A stretch of 64,000 bases of DNA. Origin: a virus (Duplodnaviria > Caudoviricetes). The stretch lies in IMG/VR virus record IMGVR_UViG_3300014969_000016, positions 32,001-96,000 of that record; one strand, 5' to 3'. The notes under the pieces are model-generated. The model was not told where the DNA came from. It worked only from the letters and a program-made list of their open reading frames with translations, and ran no database searches. Both the position numbers and the translations under genes were made by a program. This document shows positions 43,244 through 52,875 of this stretch, piece after piece; the stretch's first letter is position 1, and each line of letters begins with the position of its first letter.

Positions 43244-44658
43244 GTCACCGGATCCCCTTCCATGTCCATCTCTTCGATGATCTCGTCAACGATCATCGGC
43301 CGGTCCAGCGCCCTGGCGTTGGTGCCCGCCTGCTCACCGAACAGACGCGAGATCAGCCCCGCCGACGCCGCCTGGCCAGCCTCACCGCTGGCGTCCACGC
43401 TGATGTGCAGCTTGGACGAGTTGTCTTCGATCTGCTTCCACTTGTCGATCAGGTCGAAGACACGGTCGATCTCCTTGCCCACCAGGGCATCAGGGGTGCC
43501 GAGCGCCTGCTCCGAGAAGGCGGCGAACAGCGCACGCTGGCCCTGAACCTCGACCAGCGAGCGCAGGAGCGCCTGTCGCTGATCCTTGGTCTTGATGACC
43601 ACCGGGATGTTGTAGGCGCACCGTGCCCCTGGGTTGAACGCTGGGCATGACGCCGAGAGGATGCACGTGCTGCATTGCCGTGCCGACTCCTGGGTCACTT
43701 CGATGGTGCTGTACGACTCGGTCGTCTTGTTGCCCTCTGCATCCTCCGTCTCGGTGATGGTGGTCTGCAGACCGACCAACGGAAGGGGGCGAGTTGATAC
43801 CGCACTGGTAGGTGTTTGGGCTGTTTGGTGCCCGGTCGTACGGGGGGCGCTGGCAACTCCACTGATCGGGATGACATTGCCTGGGGAGCCGTTGAAGGCC
43901 GGATTAGTAACTAGCGCATGCCCTGTCTGGCGTCCGATGGTGTTCAGATGTCGTTCCAAGGCCATCCACGACAGGACCGCGCACCTCACCGTCTCGGTGG
44001 GATCGTCGGCCAGAACGGCCGAGACATCGCACCCGAGCGCTTCGATGGCGTCGGCGTAGCGCTGCCGCTTGAGGTGCTTGTCTTCGGCGTTGAGGCGCAC
44101 CAGCCTGTTACCCACCCATACCTGTGTTTCGCCGTGCTTCTGCACAGCCCACCAGGCGCTGGATACGACCGTATCGAACCGTTCCAAACCCTTGGACCGG
44201 CCGGTGAGTCCACCGAGCACGCCCATGGCTGGTAGCGCCGCCCGTGCCGTGCGCACAGCAGCGGCGTTGTCCACCACGGAATCAGGCAAGACGATGCCCT
44301 CGTAATCCTCTGCGAAGATACGAACCACGCTGGTGTCACGGCCGTCCCAAATGGGAAGGAACCCGAGATCGCTGTCCCTGATCCACGTATCGGTGGCCCA
44401 GTTGACTGGCCCTGCAACTGACTCACAGGCCACCTGGGATCCGGCCAACAGTTCCAATACAGGTTCCACTGGGCAAGAGGGGGTATCTGCGTAGACGATC
44501 CAGTCCAGACCGCCAAGACGGTCATTGGTGGCCCAGTCACCGTACTTTGAGGTGTGCCTGGCCAAGTTGTTGATGTTGATAGCGACACGCTCAACTCCAC
44601 ACTGCTTGAGAAGGTTCAGGTGGGTGGGCGCCTCTGCTCCAGCGAAGAAGATCTGCAT
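43240..44658 (-). CDS. Degenerate TGT/DpdA-like protein with a C-terminal Cys cluster
   Basis: MQIFFAGAE, IVYAD, FLPIWD, GGLTG, FDTVVSSAW...HGET.VW; CxxCx5Cx8C. Confidence 0.55.
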   Translation of the reverse strand: MQIFFAGAEAPTHLNLLKQCGVERVAININNLARHTSKYGDWATNDRLGGLDWIVYADTPSCPVEPVLELLAGSQVACESVAGPVNWATDTWIRDSDLGFLPIWDGRDTSVVRIFAEDYEGIVLPDSVVDNAAAVRTARAALPAMGVLGGLTGRSKGLERFDTVVSSAWWAVQKHGETQVWVGNRLVRLNAEDKHLKRQRYADAIEALGCDVSAVLADDPTETVRCAVLSWMALERHLNTIGRQTGHALVTNPAFNGSPGNVIPISGVASAPRTTGHQTAQTPTSAVSTRPLPLVGLQTTITETEDAEGNKTTESYSTIEVTQESARQCSTCILSASCPAFNPGARCAYNIPVVIKTKDQRQALLRSLVEVQGQRALFAAFSEQALGTPDALVGKEIDRVFDLIDKWKQIEDNSSKLHISVDASGEAGQAASAGLISRLFGEQAGTNARALDRPMIVDEIIEEMDMEGDPVT

Positions 44659-44661
44659 GTG

Positions 44662-45684
44662 TCAACGCCCAGGGCCACGCCCACCGATGGTGCTGCGGAC
44701 CTTCACCTTCGGTGGCTGCATCATGGTCTGCGAGTAGAACGACGACGAACGCCCACCAGGTTCCAAGGCGGGCATGGCTTGAGCCTCGCCGCCAGAAGAG
44801 ACTGGTGACGGCCCACGGTTGACGGGGACGCCTGTTCCAAGCTCTCCCTCTCCACTGTCTCCGCTGGTACCCATGTAGAAGCTCGACCTTCTTCCTGGCC
44901 CGATCTCGGGCTGAATGACTTCGGCGTCTTCGATACCACCGTATGACGTAGAAAACTTCGCTCGCGAGGTCGGAGTGCTCGACGGCGCAGACGGCGCAGT
45001 CGGTTCGGTTGGCTCAGGGTTGCCGTCCACCGAACGGTATCCCTCCACGAATCCAGCAGCACGGGCGACGTTGCGGGTGGCCAACCCCTTGCCGAGAGGA
45101 TGCGCCCACTTGGACGGCCCACGGGCTGCATCGAACTTGCCGAGGGTGGTGACCGAGGATGGGTTGAACGCCCCCTGCTGTGTTACTTGATCGTTCTGCT
45201 CCCACCAGCCCTTGCCGGTGCCCATGAACCCGGTAGCGCCGCCGCCACCCTTGCGCTGGCCCCCACGACGGGCAGCGACACGGTTGGCCTGGTACTGCTT
45301 GACCACCGGGTCGTCGGCCGAGAACAGGTTCATCTGGCTGGGGTCGTTGACCGACTTCGGCACGTTGGAGTTGCCGGTACCGGCGTTGACGATCTTGGTC
45401 TTGGGCGTGGGAGCGAAGTCGCCCGTGCCACGGACTGCGCTGCTCATCTCCCGGCTGCTCAGGTACTTGACCAGCTTCTGTCCACCTGGTTCGGCCAGGC
45501 GTGAGGCAACACGCTGACCCACGGCCCTGCTGGCCAGACGTTGTCCAGCCTCGCCTGCGGTGAAGTTGGCCACGCGGCGCCCGAGCGCCCCGGTGACTCC
45601 CTTGGTTACCCCGTACTCGACCGATTCCTTGGCGATACGAGGGCCGAAGGCTTCGAAAGCCGCTCCGAGAAGTCTGCCGAGCAT
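44662..45684 (-). CDS. Gly/Ala-rich disordered protein (candidate internal virion protein)
   Basis: 340 aa; QMNLF motif. Confidence 0.7.
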   Translation of the reverse strand: MLGRLLGAAFEAFGPRIAKESVEYGVTKGVTGALGRRVANFTAGEAGQRLASRAVGQRVASRLAEPGGQKLVKYLSSREMSSAVRGTGDFAPTPKTKIVNAGTGNSNVPKSVNDPSQMNLFSADDPVVKQYQANRVAARRGGQRKGGGGATGFMGTGKGWWEQNDQVTQQGAFNPSSVTTLGKFDAARGPSKWAHPLGKGLATRNVARAAGFVEGYRSVDGNPEPTEPTAPSAPSSTPTSRAKFSTSYGGIEDAEVIQPEIGPGRRSSFYMGTSGDSGEGELGTGVPVNRGPSPVSSGGEAQAMPALEPGGRSSSFYSQTMMQPPKVKVRSTIGGRGPGR

Positions 45685-46307
45685 TACTGCCTCCGGAATC
45701 CCCGGCCAGCTTCGTACTCGGCACGGTTCTGTTGAGCGAATGTTCCTGGTCCCACGGTGTGTGGTGCTGACTCACCGATGAAGTTGGAGTTGGCGGGTTC
45801 GGCGTAGAAGTGCGGGTTGCGCTTCTGCGGGAGCGCTCCCGGCCCGCCCACGATCTTGGTCTTGGGCTTGTCGCCACCAGGCGACAGGATGTTGCCGATG
45901 ATCGGAATCTTGCGGATGATCCCGGCGAATGGCGTATGCGGGATGATGAGAGGCGCCAGCGCTCCGACCGCCAGACCAGCAAGTGTTCCAACACCGGGGA
46001 CGATGGAGCCTGCCTCTGCACCAGCGAGCGCCCCTGCACCAGCCTCAGCAGCAGCGGTGGCTCCGACACGGGCTGCCGACAGTCCAGCGACCCGTGCCGC
46101 CGTCATCCCGACAGCGTTGCGAACCGTGGTTCCACCAGCCGCCCGAGCCACGGTGGCTCCGAGGTCAGCGCCCCAGCCCGCCTCCCAGGCTCCCTTGGCG
46201 AACGGAGCCATGCGGCTGCCGACCTTGTACGCGCCGTACGCAGCAGGGGCGTACTGGGCCGCATCACCGAGTAGGGAGCCATAGTCGTCACCGCTGGTAT
46301 CAGACAT
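45684..46307 (-). CDS. Glycine-zipper protein (candidate ejection/pilot protein)
   Basis: GAGALAGAEAGSIVPGVGTLAGLAVGAL; GGAGG RBS. Confidence 0.7.
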   Translation of the reverse strand: MSDTSGDDYGSLLGDAAQYAPAAYGAYKVGSRMAPFAKGAWEAGWGADLGATVARAAGGTTVRNAVGMTAARVAGLSAARVGATAAAEAGAGALAGAEAGSIVPGVGTLAGLAVGALAPLIIPHTPFAGIIRKIPIIGNILSPGGDKPKTKIVGGPGALPQKRNPHFYAEPANSNFIGESAPHTVGPGTFAQQNRAEYEAGRGFRRQ

Positions 46308-46319
46308 GGCATACCTCCC

Positions 46320-46763
46320 TTAGGGCCGCGGATCCAGAGTATCAACAACGTCCGTCCACGGCCGGAACTGCTTGTCATCGGCACGCCAGCCAGGGGGGTG
46401 GACCGGCGCGCCGACCTTCAAAGTCAACACGCCCAGCGCTTGCACCGCATGGATCGTTTCGTCGTCGGAGTCCAGGTAGACGCCTATTTCCCAACCATTG
46501 GCGAGAAACTCACGAACTTGATCCGCTTTCCAGGACGGATATGTCATCGGGCTGTTCCAACACAGCACCCCTGACCAGGCATGGAGGTTCTCTCTGGACA
46601 GCCACCAGCGGGCGATCTCGTCGTTGGCTCTCGACAGGGCGAAAGTTCGGTATTGGGCACGGATACCGTCGTATAGCGGCTTCGCCCACTTCGTCGGCGC
46701 CGAGCGCTTCAGGTCTTCTTCGGCCGAGAGGGTTCCCTCGACAGCGATCAGCGCTGCGTTCAC
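46320..46763 (-). CDS. Degenerate HAD-like (PNKP phosphatase-type) protein
   Basis: LIAVEGTL (motif I lacking Asp), ALSR, K, VYLDSD; GTGA coupled. Confidence 0.55.
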   Translation of the reverse strand: MNAALIAVEGTLSAEEDLKRSAPTKWAKPLYDGIRAQYRTFALSRANDEIARWWLSRENLHAWSGVLCWNSPMTYPSWKADQVREFLANGWEIGVYLDSDDETIHAVQALGVLTLKVGAPVHPPGWRADDKQFRPWTDVVDTLDPRP

Positions 46764-49700
46764 AACGGGGCGTTCGTCATCGGCACGTAGGACCAACCGG
46801 TGCCCTGGTTGGCCCACACGTTGCCGTACCGGTCATACGTGGGGTTGCCGGTGAGGTCGCCACGCAGCAGGGCCACTTCGGTGCCGCCGAAGGTGTTGGC
46901 CTCACCAATCCCTGAGCGGACGCTGACCGCCCGGAACAGCCCCTTGGCCAACTGAGCGCCATTGGCCGCGCCCACCTGCAGGTCGGCCGTGGAGTTGAAC
47001 ATGGCCAGACTCGACGGGTTGGGGTTGATCTTGGTACTACCCACCTGGCTCCACAGCGTCTGCGGGTCATAGAGCCAGAAGCGGATCTCGTCCTGAAGTG
47101 TGGTGATATCAAAGGTGAAGCTGACGCCAATCGCCACGGCTTGGCCAGGAGCGAAGTTGAGGGTGTAGTCGGTCAGCAGACCGGTGGTGGCGTTGTTGGT
47201 GCCGTCTCGCGAGGTCAACAGCGACATCTGGCCGTTGATCATCTGCCAGAGGTAGGAGCGCTGACCGGCTGCGCCCCACTTGCCGACCAACGTCTGCGTG
47301 CCGGTCGTCCAGCTATCCAGGGCCACCACGGCCATGATGGTGAAGGCGTACTGGTAATCCAGGTACGGAGAGTCAGCAGTGCGGGCGTAGGTGCCCGCCG
47401 TGCCGTCCAGGCGCAGAGACAGGTTCGACGGTGCCGGTGGTGCGACATCGGTGGCTTCTGTTCCAAGGGCTGCCCACTCTTCGGGCGTGTAGTTGGGCTT
47501 CCACACCTGGTTGGTCGTATCCCAGGACAGGGGGATGTTGCCCGAGACGCCGAAGTCGTACCAGAGGCCGTCCCGCAGGTTGAGACGCATCACGTGGTCA
47601 TACAGCGGTATCCGCAAACCGGCCGTCGCCGTCGCCGGAGCGGTGTGACCTGCTTCTTCGACGGTGCCCGCCAGTGTGGGATCCACGTTGATCGTTGTGT
47701 CAACACACCACGGCCCAGGGTAGGAGACTGGGTCGGTGGTCGGATCCAACCAGGTGTCGCCGTAGCCGATGCCAGAGATCGGCCGGATGCGCGAGAGCAA
47801 GTTGCGCATCTTCCAGCCTTCGTCGTTGGATGCGCTGAGCGCTGGTACCTGGGTTTGCCCAGGCGGGATGTCCTGGAGGTTCCAATGGGCGTAGCCGTAG
47901 CTGATCAACTGCACCTTGAGGTCGGTGGCTGACGGCTCGTAGTGGATGGAGTTGGCGGCAGTGAGCGTCCAGGCACGACCACGGGGGTCGGTGTAGCTGG
48001 TGCCGGTACCGGGATACTCAGAGGCATCAAACTTCCACAGCAACTGACTGGCCACCGGTTGCAAGATCTTCTGACCTGCTGTCTGGTTGACGGTGACGGT
48101 CTGCGTGGTGCGGGCCGGGAAGGTGGTGACGGTGTCGTTGGGGATCAGCGAGTCATCGACATCTAGCACTGGCCCTTGGATGATCGAGTTCCACGACGTA
48201 CGTGGATCGACCTGACAGATGACGTTGCTAGCAGTTTGCGTCACCGTCACGGTGCCACCAGTAGTAGCAGTGAAGCTGGTCGCCCCTGCCGTGGCGTTGG
48301 ACTCGTTGATGTCGGCGCCAACGGTGCCCGCAAACCCGCTGCGGACGATGAGTCGGTACAGGTTGCCTGGATAGGGATAGATGGTCGGTGCCATCGTGTT
48401 GGTGATGATTGAAGTGAGGCCAGCACGTGTAACCGGAGCCACGATGTTCGTCCAACCGCTCGTCGGCTCGGTCGCAGCGTCGGGTGCGTACTCGGCGCTG
48501 AGCACCGTACTGCCCGACCCGTTGTCCACGTCGAGGCGGAACCTCAGCCAGACCGGCACGCCGTCAGTGAAGGCATTCCCCATCAGGGCGGTGTAGCTGA
48601 ACTGCTGAGCGAGGGGACCACCGACCGTCCCGTTGAACAACCACTCCAAGGAGTTAAGAGAGTTGTTGAACCGAATACCGTAGGAGGTCGTTCCGGAGTT
48701 CCACTTGTCGAAGATGTAGCGGTAGTTGCCGGTGAAGGCCCAGGTAGTGGGGGCTATCCGACAGACGATCTCTATGTCACCAGTGATCTGCAGCCCCGCC
48801 GAGTTGGCGATCCCGAGTGTGTTACCAGTGGCATTGGGAAACGCGAAGGCCACTGGCTGACGTTGAGTGACAACAACCGTGCCACCTGTCGTCGCCGGGA
48901 ACGAAGCAGCACCGATGGCGGTGATGTTGGACTCGTTGAAGTCGAACACAGTCGGCCCAGCGATGCCGTTGCGAATGATGGCTCTAGCTAATCTCCATCG
49001 ACTGTTACGAGCCGGATCATCGGCACCGAGCCAGATGTTCTGTGTGTTATGACTGATGACCCGTCCCGGCGTACTAGTGAGCGTGCCGGTCAGCGCCGTC
49101 CACGTTGTCGGTTCGACTGGTGTGTTGGTCAGGTTGTACTCAATAGTCGATACCCAGGCACCGGATCCGTTGTCAGCATTCAACGTCGCCTTTAGCCAAA
49201 CAAGTTGGTTGTTCGGGAAGATACCACCCGCATAGTTGACGGTCGATGTCATCGTCAACCCAGCGCCGTAGTAAACGATCCACTGCATCTGACGGAAGCT
49301 GGAGCGACGAAGAATGAAGCTCTGATTGCGCCAGACGATGGCATCAAGAGAAGATGCTGCATCCCAGTCAGGATGAGCAACCCGAACAACGATTTCCATT
49401 GTGTTAGCGTTCGTCGTCACACCTGTGCCAAGAACGGACAATGTGTTACCGGGAACGTTGGGGAACACGGCCCGGAGCGTGGAGGCGTCGATTCCGTTGC
49501 GGACGATCACTCGGGCAATCCGACCGGTGAAGGGTTCAATCGACCCGGCGCTGCGGGCACCGACCTCCACCGCGACGCCAGTAGTCGAGTCGAGCATGGC
49601 GCCAGCGGTGCCCGTGCCTGAGTTAAGAGCGGTCCACGATGTCGGCTCGGTCGCTTGATCAGCCGCCCAGTAGTAGGAGATGAGGCCAGTTGTCGCTACC

Positions 49701-51343
49701 CGCGTCACCTTCACCCACACCATCGTCCCGTTGGCCACAGGGATAGCTGTGCTGTTGATTCCTGCTGCTGGAAGGAAGGGGTTGAGGGCGAACACCCGTG
49801 CCGACGTAGCGACAAGGCGCCAACCCCGAGGCGAGCCGTCCTTGACGACGATGTTGTTGTTGCCTGTCCCCGTTCCCACGACACAACGAGTGACGATCTC
49901 CAGGTCGGCGGGGATGACCACTGATGTCACCGGGGTCACGTTCAGGTAGTTGCCAACGATGCCGGGGAACTGCATCGTCGCCCCGGCCACCGCTACACCA
50001 GTCGGATCAAGACCAGTACGTAGTTCGGCAGAGTAGATGCGACCCTGCCACCGGTTGTTCTGCGCCGTTGACCATGCACCGATGGTCAACGGAAGACTGA
50101 GATCGATGTTGTAGGGAAGAGCACCCGCTTGAACAACTTCGGGACCGACCGCAGTCCAGGTCGCTCCATTGTTGAACGAGACGTAGGCACGCCCTGCTGC
50201 CTGGTTGGCGCCGTTGTCCATGTTGAGATACATGGCGATGGTGACTTCAGCACCAGGTACGATTCCAGCAGCGGTCACCTGGCCTGTGTTGGCGATAGTC
50301 CCCGGCCTGAAGTTAAAACCATCACTGGTCGCGTGGTACCAGAGGCCACCATTGAAACCCATCCAACGGAACCCATACGTACCAGACCCCTGCATCTGAG
50401 CTATGCCGTACTCGGACTGAGTAACGAACCCGCTGCTGATCCTCACCTTGGCGGTCATCACCGTTCTGTTCGGCAGTGGCCCAGGGTCTGGCGTTGTGAT
50501 GGTGCCGATGGTTGCGTCGAGGTAGCTCAACTCCCCGGTCGGCGGGGTCGATACCGGTGTATCAAGCGTTGACCAGTCGAAATCTCCTCGTAGCGCCGAC
50601 ACCTGAAACAGCCGGGGCATCCATCCGGCAGGGAGATACCACGGGACCGATGCCGCTTGTGATACCGGTGGGATGCCCATCTGCAGGCCACCCTGGTCGG
50701 CCTGGGTGGCGTAGGTGATGTTCTGAAGGTCGGAGTACTTCAGGTAGACGAAGAACGGCAGGTGGACGGCGGTCTGGCCACGCTCCACGGCACGGGCGAT
50801 CTCGCGGTACATCCACGACATGAAGGGCTGAGCGTTGTAATCGTCGGGCAGCGAACGATTATCAAAGCTCAGCCCCTCATGGCCGTCAACGAACAGTACC
50901 CAGTCGTTCTCCTGGTAGTGGAACACCTTGGCAGCAGCTTCGAACTGCTCCTTGCGCCACAGCGCCGCCTCGGACTTGCTGTAGAAGAAGTTGCGCCCGC
51001 TGACGGCGTGCTCAGAGGCCGGGAAGCTCTCGGCCCAGTTGATGACCCAGTAGCGCTGCTCACCCGTGTTGATGTCCATGATGAACAGGTCATCCACGAA
51101 GAAGTCGAGCCAGCGCACCGACTTGCCCACGTCGTACTCCAGGTCACCGAACTGCGCGCCCACGATGCCGTGGATGACCGGTTCGGCCGTGACGGCCAGT
51201 GGTGACACACCTGGGTTCATGTCCCCGGCCAGCGGCGTGACCGACACGACCTCGGTCTGTGCCGCTAACTGCTGGGGATACTCAGGTACCAGCGTTTGGC
51301 CAAGTATCAGCGCTTCAGCTTCAGTTGCGGACACGACGGCCAC
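46760..51343 (-). CDS. Giant protein: GT-A glycosyltransferase-like domain split by nested LamG/ConA-like repeats
   Basis: DWVLFVDGHE, PRLF and LISYGY are separated by 4 related beta-sandwich repeats, with a fifth at the C-terminus. Start about 51334-51343 (GTG). Confidence 0.75.
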   Translation of the reverse strand: MAVVSATEAEALILGQTLVPEYPQQLAAQTEVVSVTPLAGDMNPGVSPLAVTAEPVIHGIVGAQFGDLEYDVGKSVRWLDFFVDDLFIMDINTGEQRYWVINWAESFPASEHAVSGRNFFYSKSEAALWRKEQFEAAAKVFHYQENDWVLFVDGHEGLSFDNRSLPDDYNAQPFMSWMYREIARAVERGQTAVHLPFFVYLKYSDLQNITYATQADQGGLQMGIPPVSQAASVPWYLPAGWMPRLFQVSALRGDFDWSTLDTPVSTPPTGELSYLDATIGTITTPDPGPLPNRTVMTAKVRISSGFVTQSEYGIAQMQGSGTYGFRWMGFNGGLWYHATSDGFNFRPGTIANTGQVTAAGIVPGAEVTIAMYLNMDNGANQAAGRAYVSFNNGATWTAVGPEVVQAGALPYNIDLSLPLTIGAWSTAQNNRWQGRIYSAELRTGLDPTGVAVAGATMQFPGIVGNYLNVTPVTSVVIPADLEIVTRCVVGTGTGNNNIVVKDGSPRGWRLVATSARVFALNPFLPAAGINSTAIPVANGTMVWVKVTRVATTGLISYYWAADQATEPTSWTALNSGTGTAGAMLDSTTGVAVEVGARSAGSIEPFTGRIARVIVRNGIDASTLRAVFPNVPGNTLSVLGTGVTTNANTMEIVVRVAHPDWDAASSLDAIVWRNQSFILRRSSFRQMQWIVYYGAGLTMTSTVNYAGGIFPNNQLVWLKATLNADNGSGAWVSTIEYNLTNTPVEPTTWTALTGTLTSTPGRVISHNTQNIWLGADDPARNSRWRLARAIIRNGIAGPTVFDFNESNITAIGAASFPATTGGTVVVTQRQPVAFAFPNATGNTLGIANSAGLQITGDIEIVCRIAPTTWAFTGNYRYIFDKWNSGTTSYGIRFNNSLNSLEWLFNGTVGGPLAQQFSYTALMGNAFTDGVPVWLRFRLDVDNGSGSTVLSAEYAPDAATEPTSGWTNIVAPVTRAGLTSIITNTMAPTIYPYPGNLYRLIVRSGFAGTVGADINESNATAGATSFTATTGGTVTVTQTASNVICQVDPRTSWNSIIQGPVLDVDDSLIPNDTVTTFPARTTQTVTVNQTAGQKILQPVASQLLWKFDASEYPGTGTSYTDPRGRAWTLTAANSIHYEPSATDLKVQLISYGYAHWNLQDIPPGQTQVPALSASNDEGWKMRNLLSRIRPISGIGYGDTWLDPTTDPVSYPGPWCVDTTINVDPTLAGTVEEAGHTAPATATAGLRIPLYDHVMRLNLRDGLWYDFGVSGNIPLSWDTTNQVWKPNYTPEEWAALGTEATDVAPPAPSNLSLRLDGTAGTYARTADSPYLDYQYAFTIMAVVALDSWTTGTQTLVGKWGAAGQRSYLWQMINGQMSLLTSRDGTNNATTGLLTDYTLNFAPGQAVAIGVSFTFDITTLQDEIRFWLYDPQTLWSQVGSTKINPNPSSLAMFNSTADLQVGAANGAQLAKGLFRAVSVRSGIGEANTFGGTEVALLRGDLTGNPTYDRYGNVWANQGTGWSYVPMTNAPL

Positions 51344-51944
51344 GCTTGCGGTGTTCCAGCGCCTTGTTGATGTCGTAGCCGCCCTGCTTGCGGCGGATCT
51401 CCACCTGGACGTAGCTCTGGAAGTAAGGGCACATGTGGCAGAGGTAGACCCGCAGGTTGTTGGGCACAACGTGGACCCGGCCGTCGATCTTGTAGCTGGC
51501 CGCACCGATGCGCTTCTCGTCGGTCATGAAGTCCCGGCAGCCCGAGGACAGGTCGGGGTTGCCGTGGGCGTTGTAACACTTCGCCGCCCCCTCGCGGAAC
51601 TCGTCGCTCTCTTCGAACTGGCGCTGGGTCTGCTCGTTCAACTCGGCCTTGATCTTGGTGACCACGTCCATGGTGTCCCAGGTCTTCTGGTCCACCTGCC
51701 AGACGTTGATCACCTGGCCGTTGACGAAGAGTTGCTCCTGCAGGTGGTGCTGGTGCTGCTCAACGAAGTGTTCCAAGACCGGGTCGTAGGCCGGAACCAT
51801 GATCGGGTTGCCGTGCTCGTCCTTGTAGACGTACTCCTCACCCGACTCCCACTCCAGGCGGGCGACGGTCATCGGGGTCTTGGCGGGCGGGTCGGGGATG
51901 CGTTGGATGATTGCGCAGGGAGCGCAGGCGACGATGCGTGGCAT
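51321..51944 (-). CDS. Cys-rich conserved protein
   Basis: CAPC...KCYNAH...C...YLCHMCPY. Confidence 0.75.
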   Translation of the reverse strand: MPRIVACAPCAIIQRIPDPPAKTPMTVARLEWESGEEYVYKDEHGNPIMVPAYDPVLEHFVEQHQHHLQEQLFVNGQVINVWQVDQKTWDTMDVVTKIKAELNEQTQRQFEESDEFREGAAKCYNAHGNPDLSSGCRDFMTDEKRIGAASYKIDGRVHVVPNNLRVYLCHMCPYFQSYVQVEIRRKQGGYDINKALEHRKRGRRVRN

Positions 51945-52417
51945 TACTCGTTGTCCAGGATGTAGAGGCCCGCATCATCCACGGTGTTGTGATGTATCAC
52001 CGGGATATAGCGGTTTGGATCTGTGTCCAAGCTAATGGCTACCCGGTGATGACCTTCAGCGATCTGGCCCTTCCTGGTCCCGCTGGAGTCAGGCCTGCCG
52101 AACTGATGCGAGAGGTGGACCGGCTGCTGCACGCCCTCGGCGGCGACGGAGCGGTACAACTTGCCGCCGCCCTCCTTCTTGGACTCGGTCAGCTTGCGGT
52201 CCATCACATCGGCGTGACTCTCCAGGCCGGTGGCGACGCCGCCTCGGGCTGGACGCTTGGGCATGCGATCCCACTCCGACGCCTGGTGAGACTGCATGAT
52301 CTCGTTGCCCGTCATGAACATCGGCAACTGCTGCCACTGCTCGCCCAGGTGCGGAGCGTTCAGTTCTGCTTCGGCACGACTCGGCTTCTTGAAGTTCTCG
52401 GGTTGGGATAGGCCCAT
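51944..52417 (-). CDS. ParB/Srx-like domain protein (paralogue of 6122..6502)
   Basis: QLPMFMT...LYRSVAAEGVQQPVHL...IAEGHHRVA...YIPV. Confidence 0.75.
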   Translation of the reverse strand: MGLSQPENFKKPSRAEAELNAPHLGEQWQQLPMFMTGNEIMQSHQASEWDRMPKRPARGGVATGLESHADVMDRKLTESKKEGGGKLYRSVAAEGVQQPVHLSHQFGRPDSSGTRKGQIAEGHHRVAISLDTDPNRYIPVIHHNTVDDAGLYILDNE

Positions 52418-52626
52418 CAGCGCCCCTTGGCGTAGGGGTTCCTCGCCCGCTTCAGGGCGCCGTCCTTCTCGTAGTGACCGGTGGAGCAGGTCTTGCCCTC
52501 GTCAGCGCTCTTGAAATGCTTGCGGTTGGACGACTCGTACCCACACTCAGCGCAACAGTAGGACGCCGCCTCAGGGGCGGTGCCCGCTCCCTCCTGGAAG
52601 CTCTGGAAGTTGCGCCCCTTGAGCAT
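52417..52626 (-). CDS. Zn-binding microprotein
   Basis: CAECG...H...C..GH. Confidence 0.65.
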   Translation of the reverse strand: MLKGRNFQSFQEGAGTAPEAASYCCAECGYESSNRKHFKSADEGKTCSTGHYEKDGALKRARNPYAKGR

Positions 52627-52871
52627 CAGTACCGCGTTTCACTGACCTGCCCACGCACCTTGTTCTCGACCGGACGCATGGAGTGCTGGATGTGCGCCTC
52701 CAGGAAGGGTGGGTCAGCGTGTAGCTCAGCCTGGGCATACGTGGGCCAGGACAGGCGCTCCACCGGCCTGATCTCCACGTTCTTGCGATCAGGGGTGAGT
52801 TGGATGTAGGTGCGGTCGATGCTGCCTTGGGCGAAGGCCATGTTCATCGACTCGCTGTTGTTTACTGCCAT
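52626..52871 (-). CDS. Hypothetical late protein
   Basis: 81 aa from MAVNNSES. Confidence 0.65.
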   Translation of the reverse strand: MAVNNSESMNMAFAQGSIDRTYIQLTPDRKNVEIRPVERLSWPTYAQAELHADPPFLEAHIQHSMRPVENKVRGQVSETRY

Positions 52872-52875
52872 TGTG

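Noticed and set aside
43240-44658. Active 7-deazaguanine DNA-modification system
   Set aside because: Catalytic motifs look eroded and no preQ0 pathway genes are present in the window
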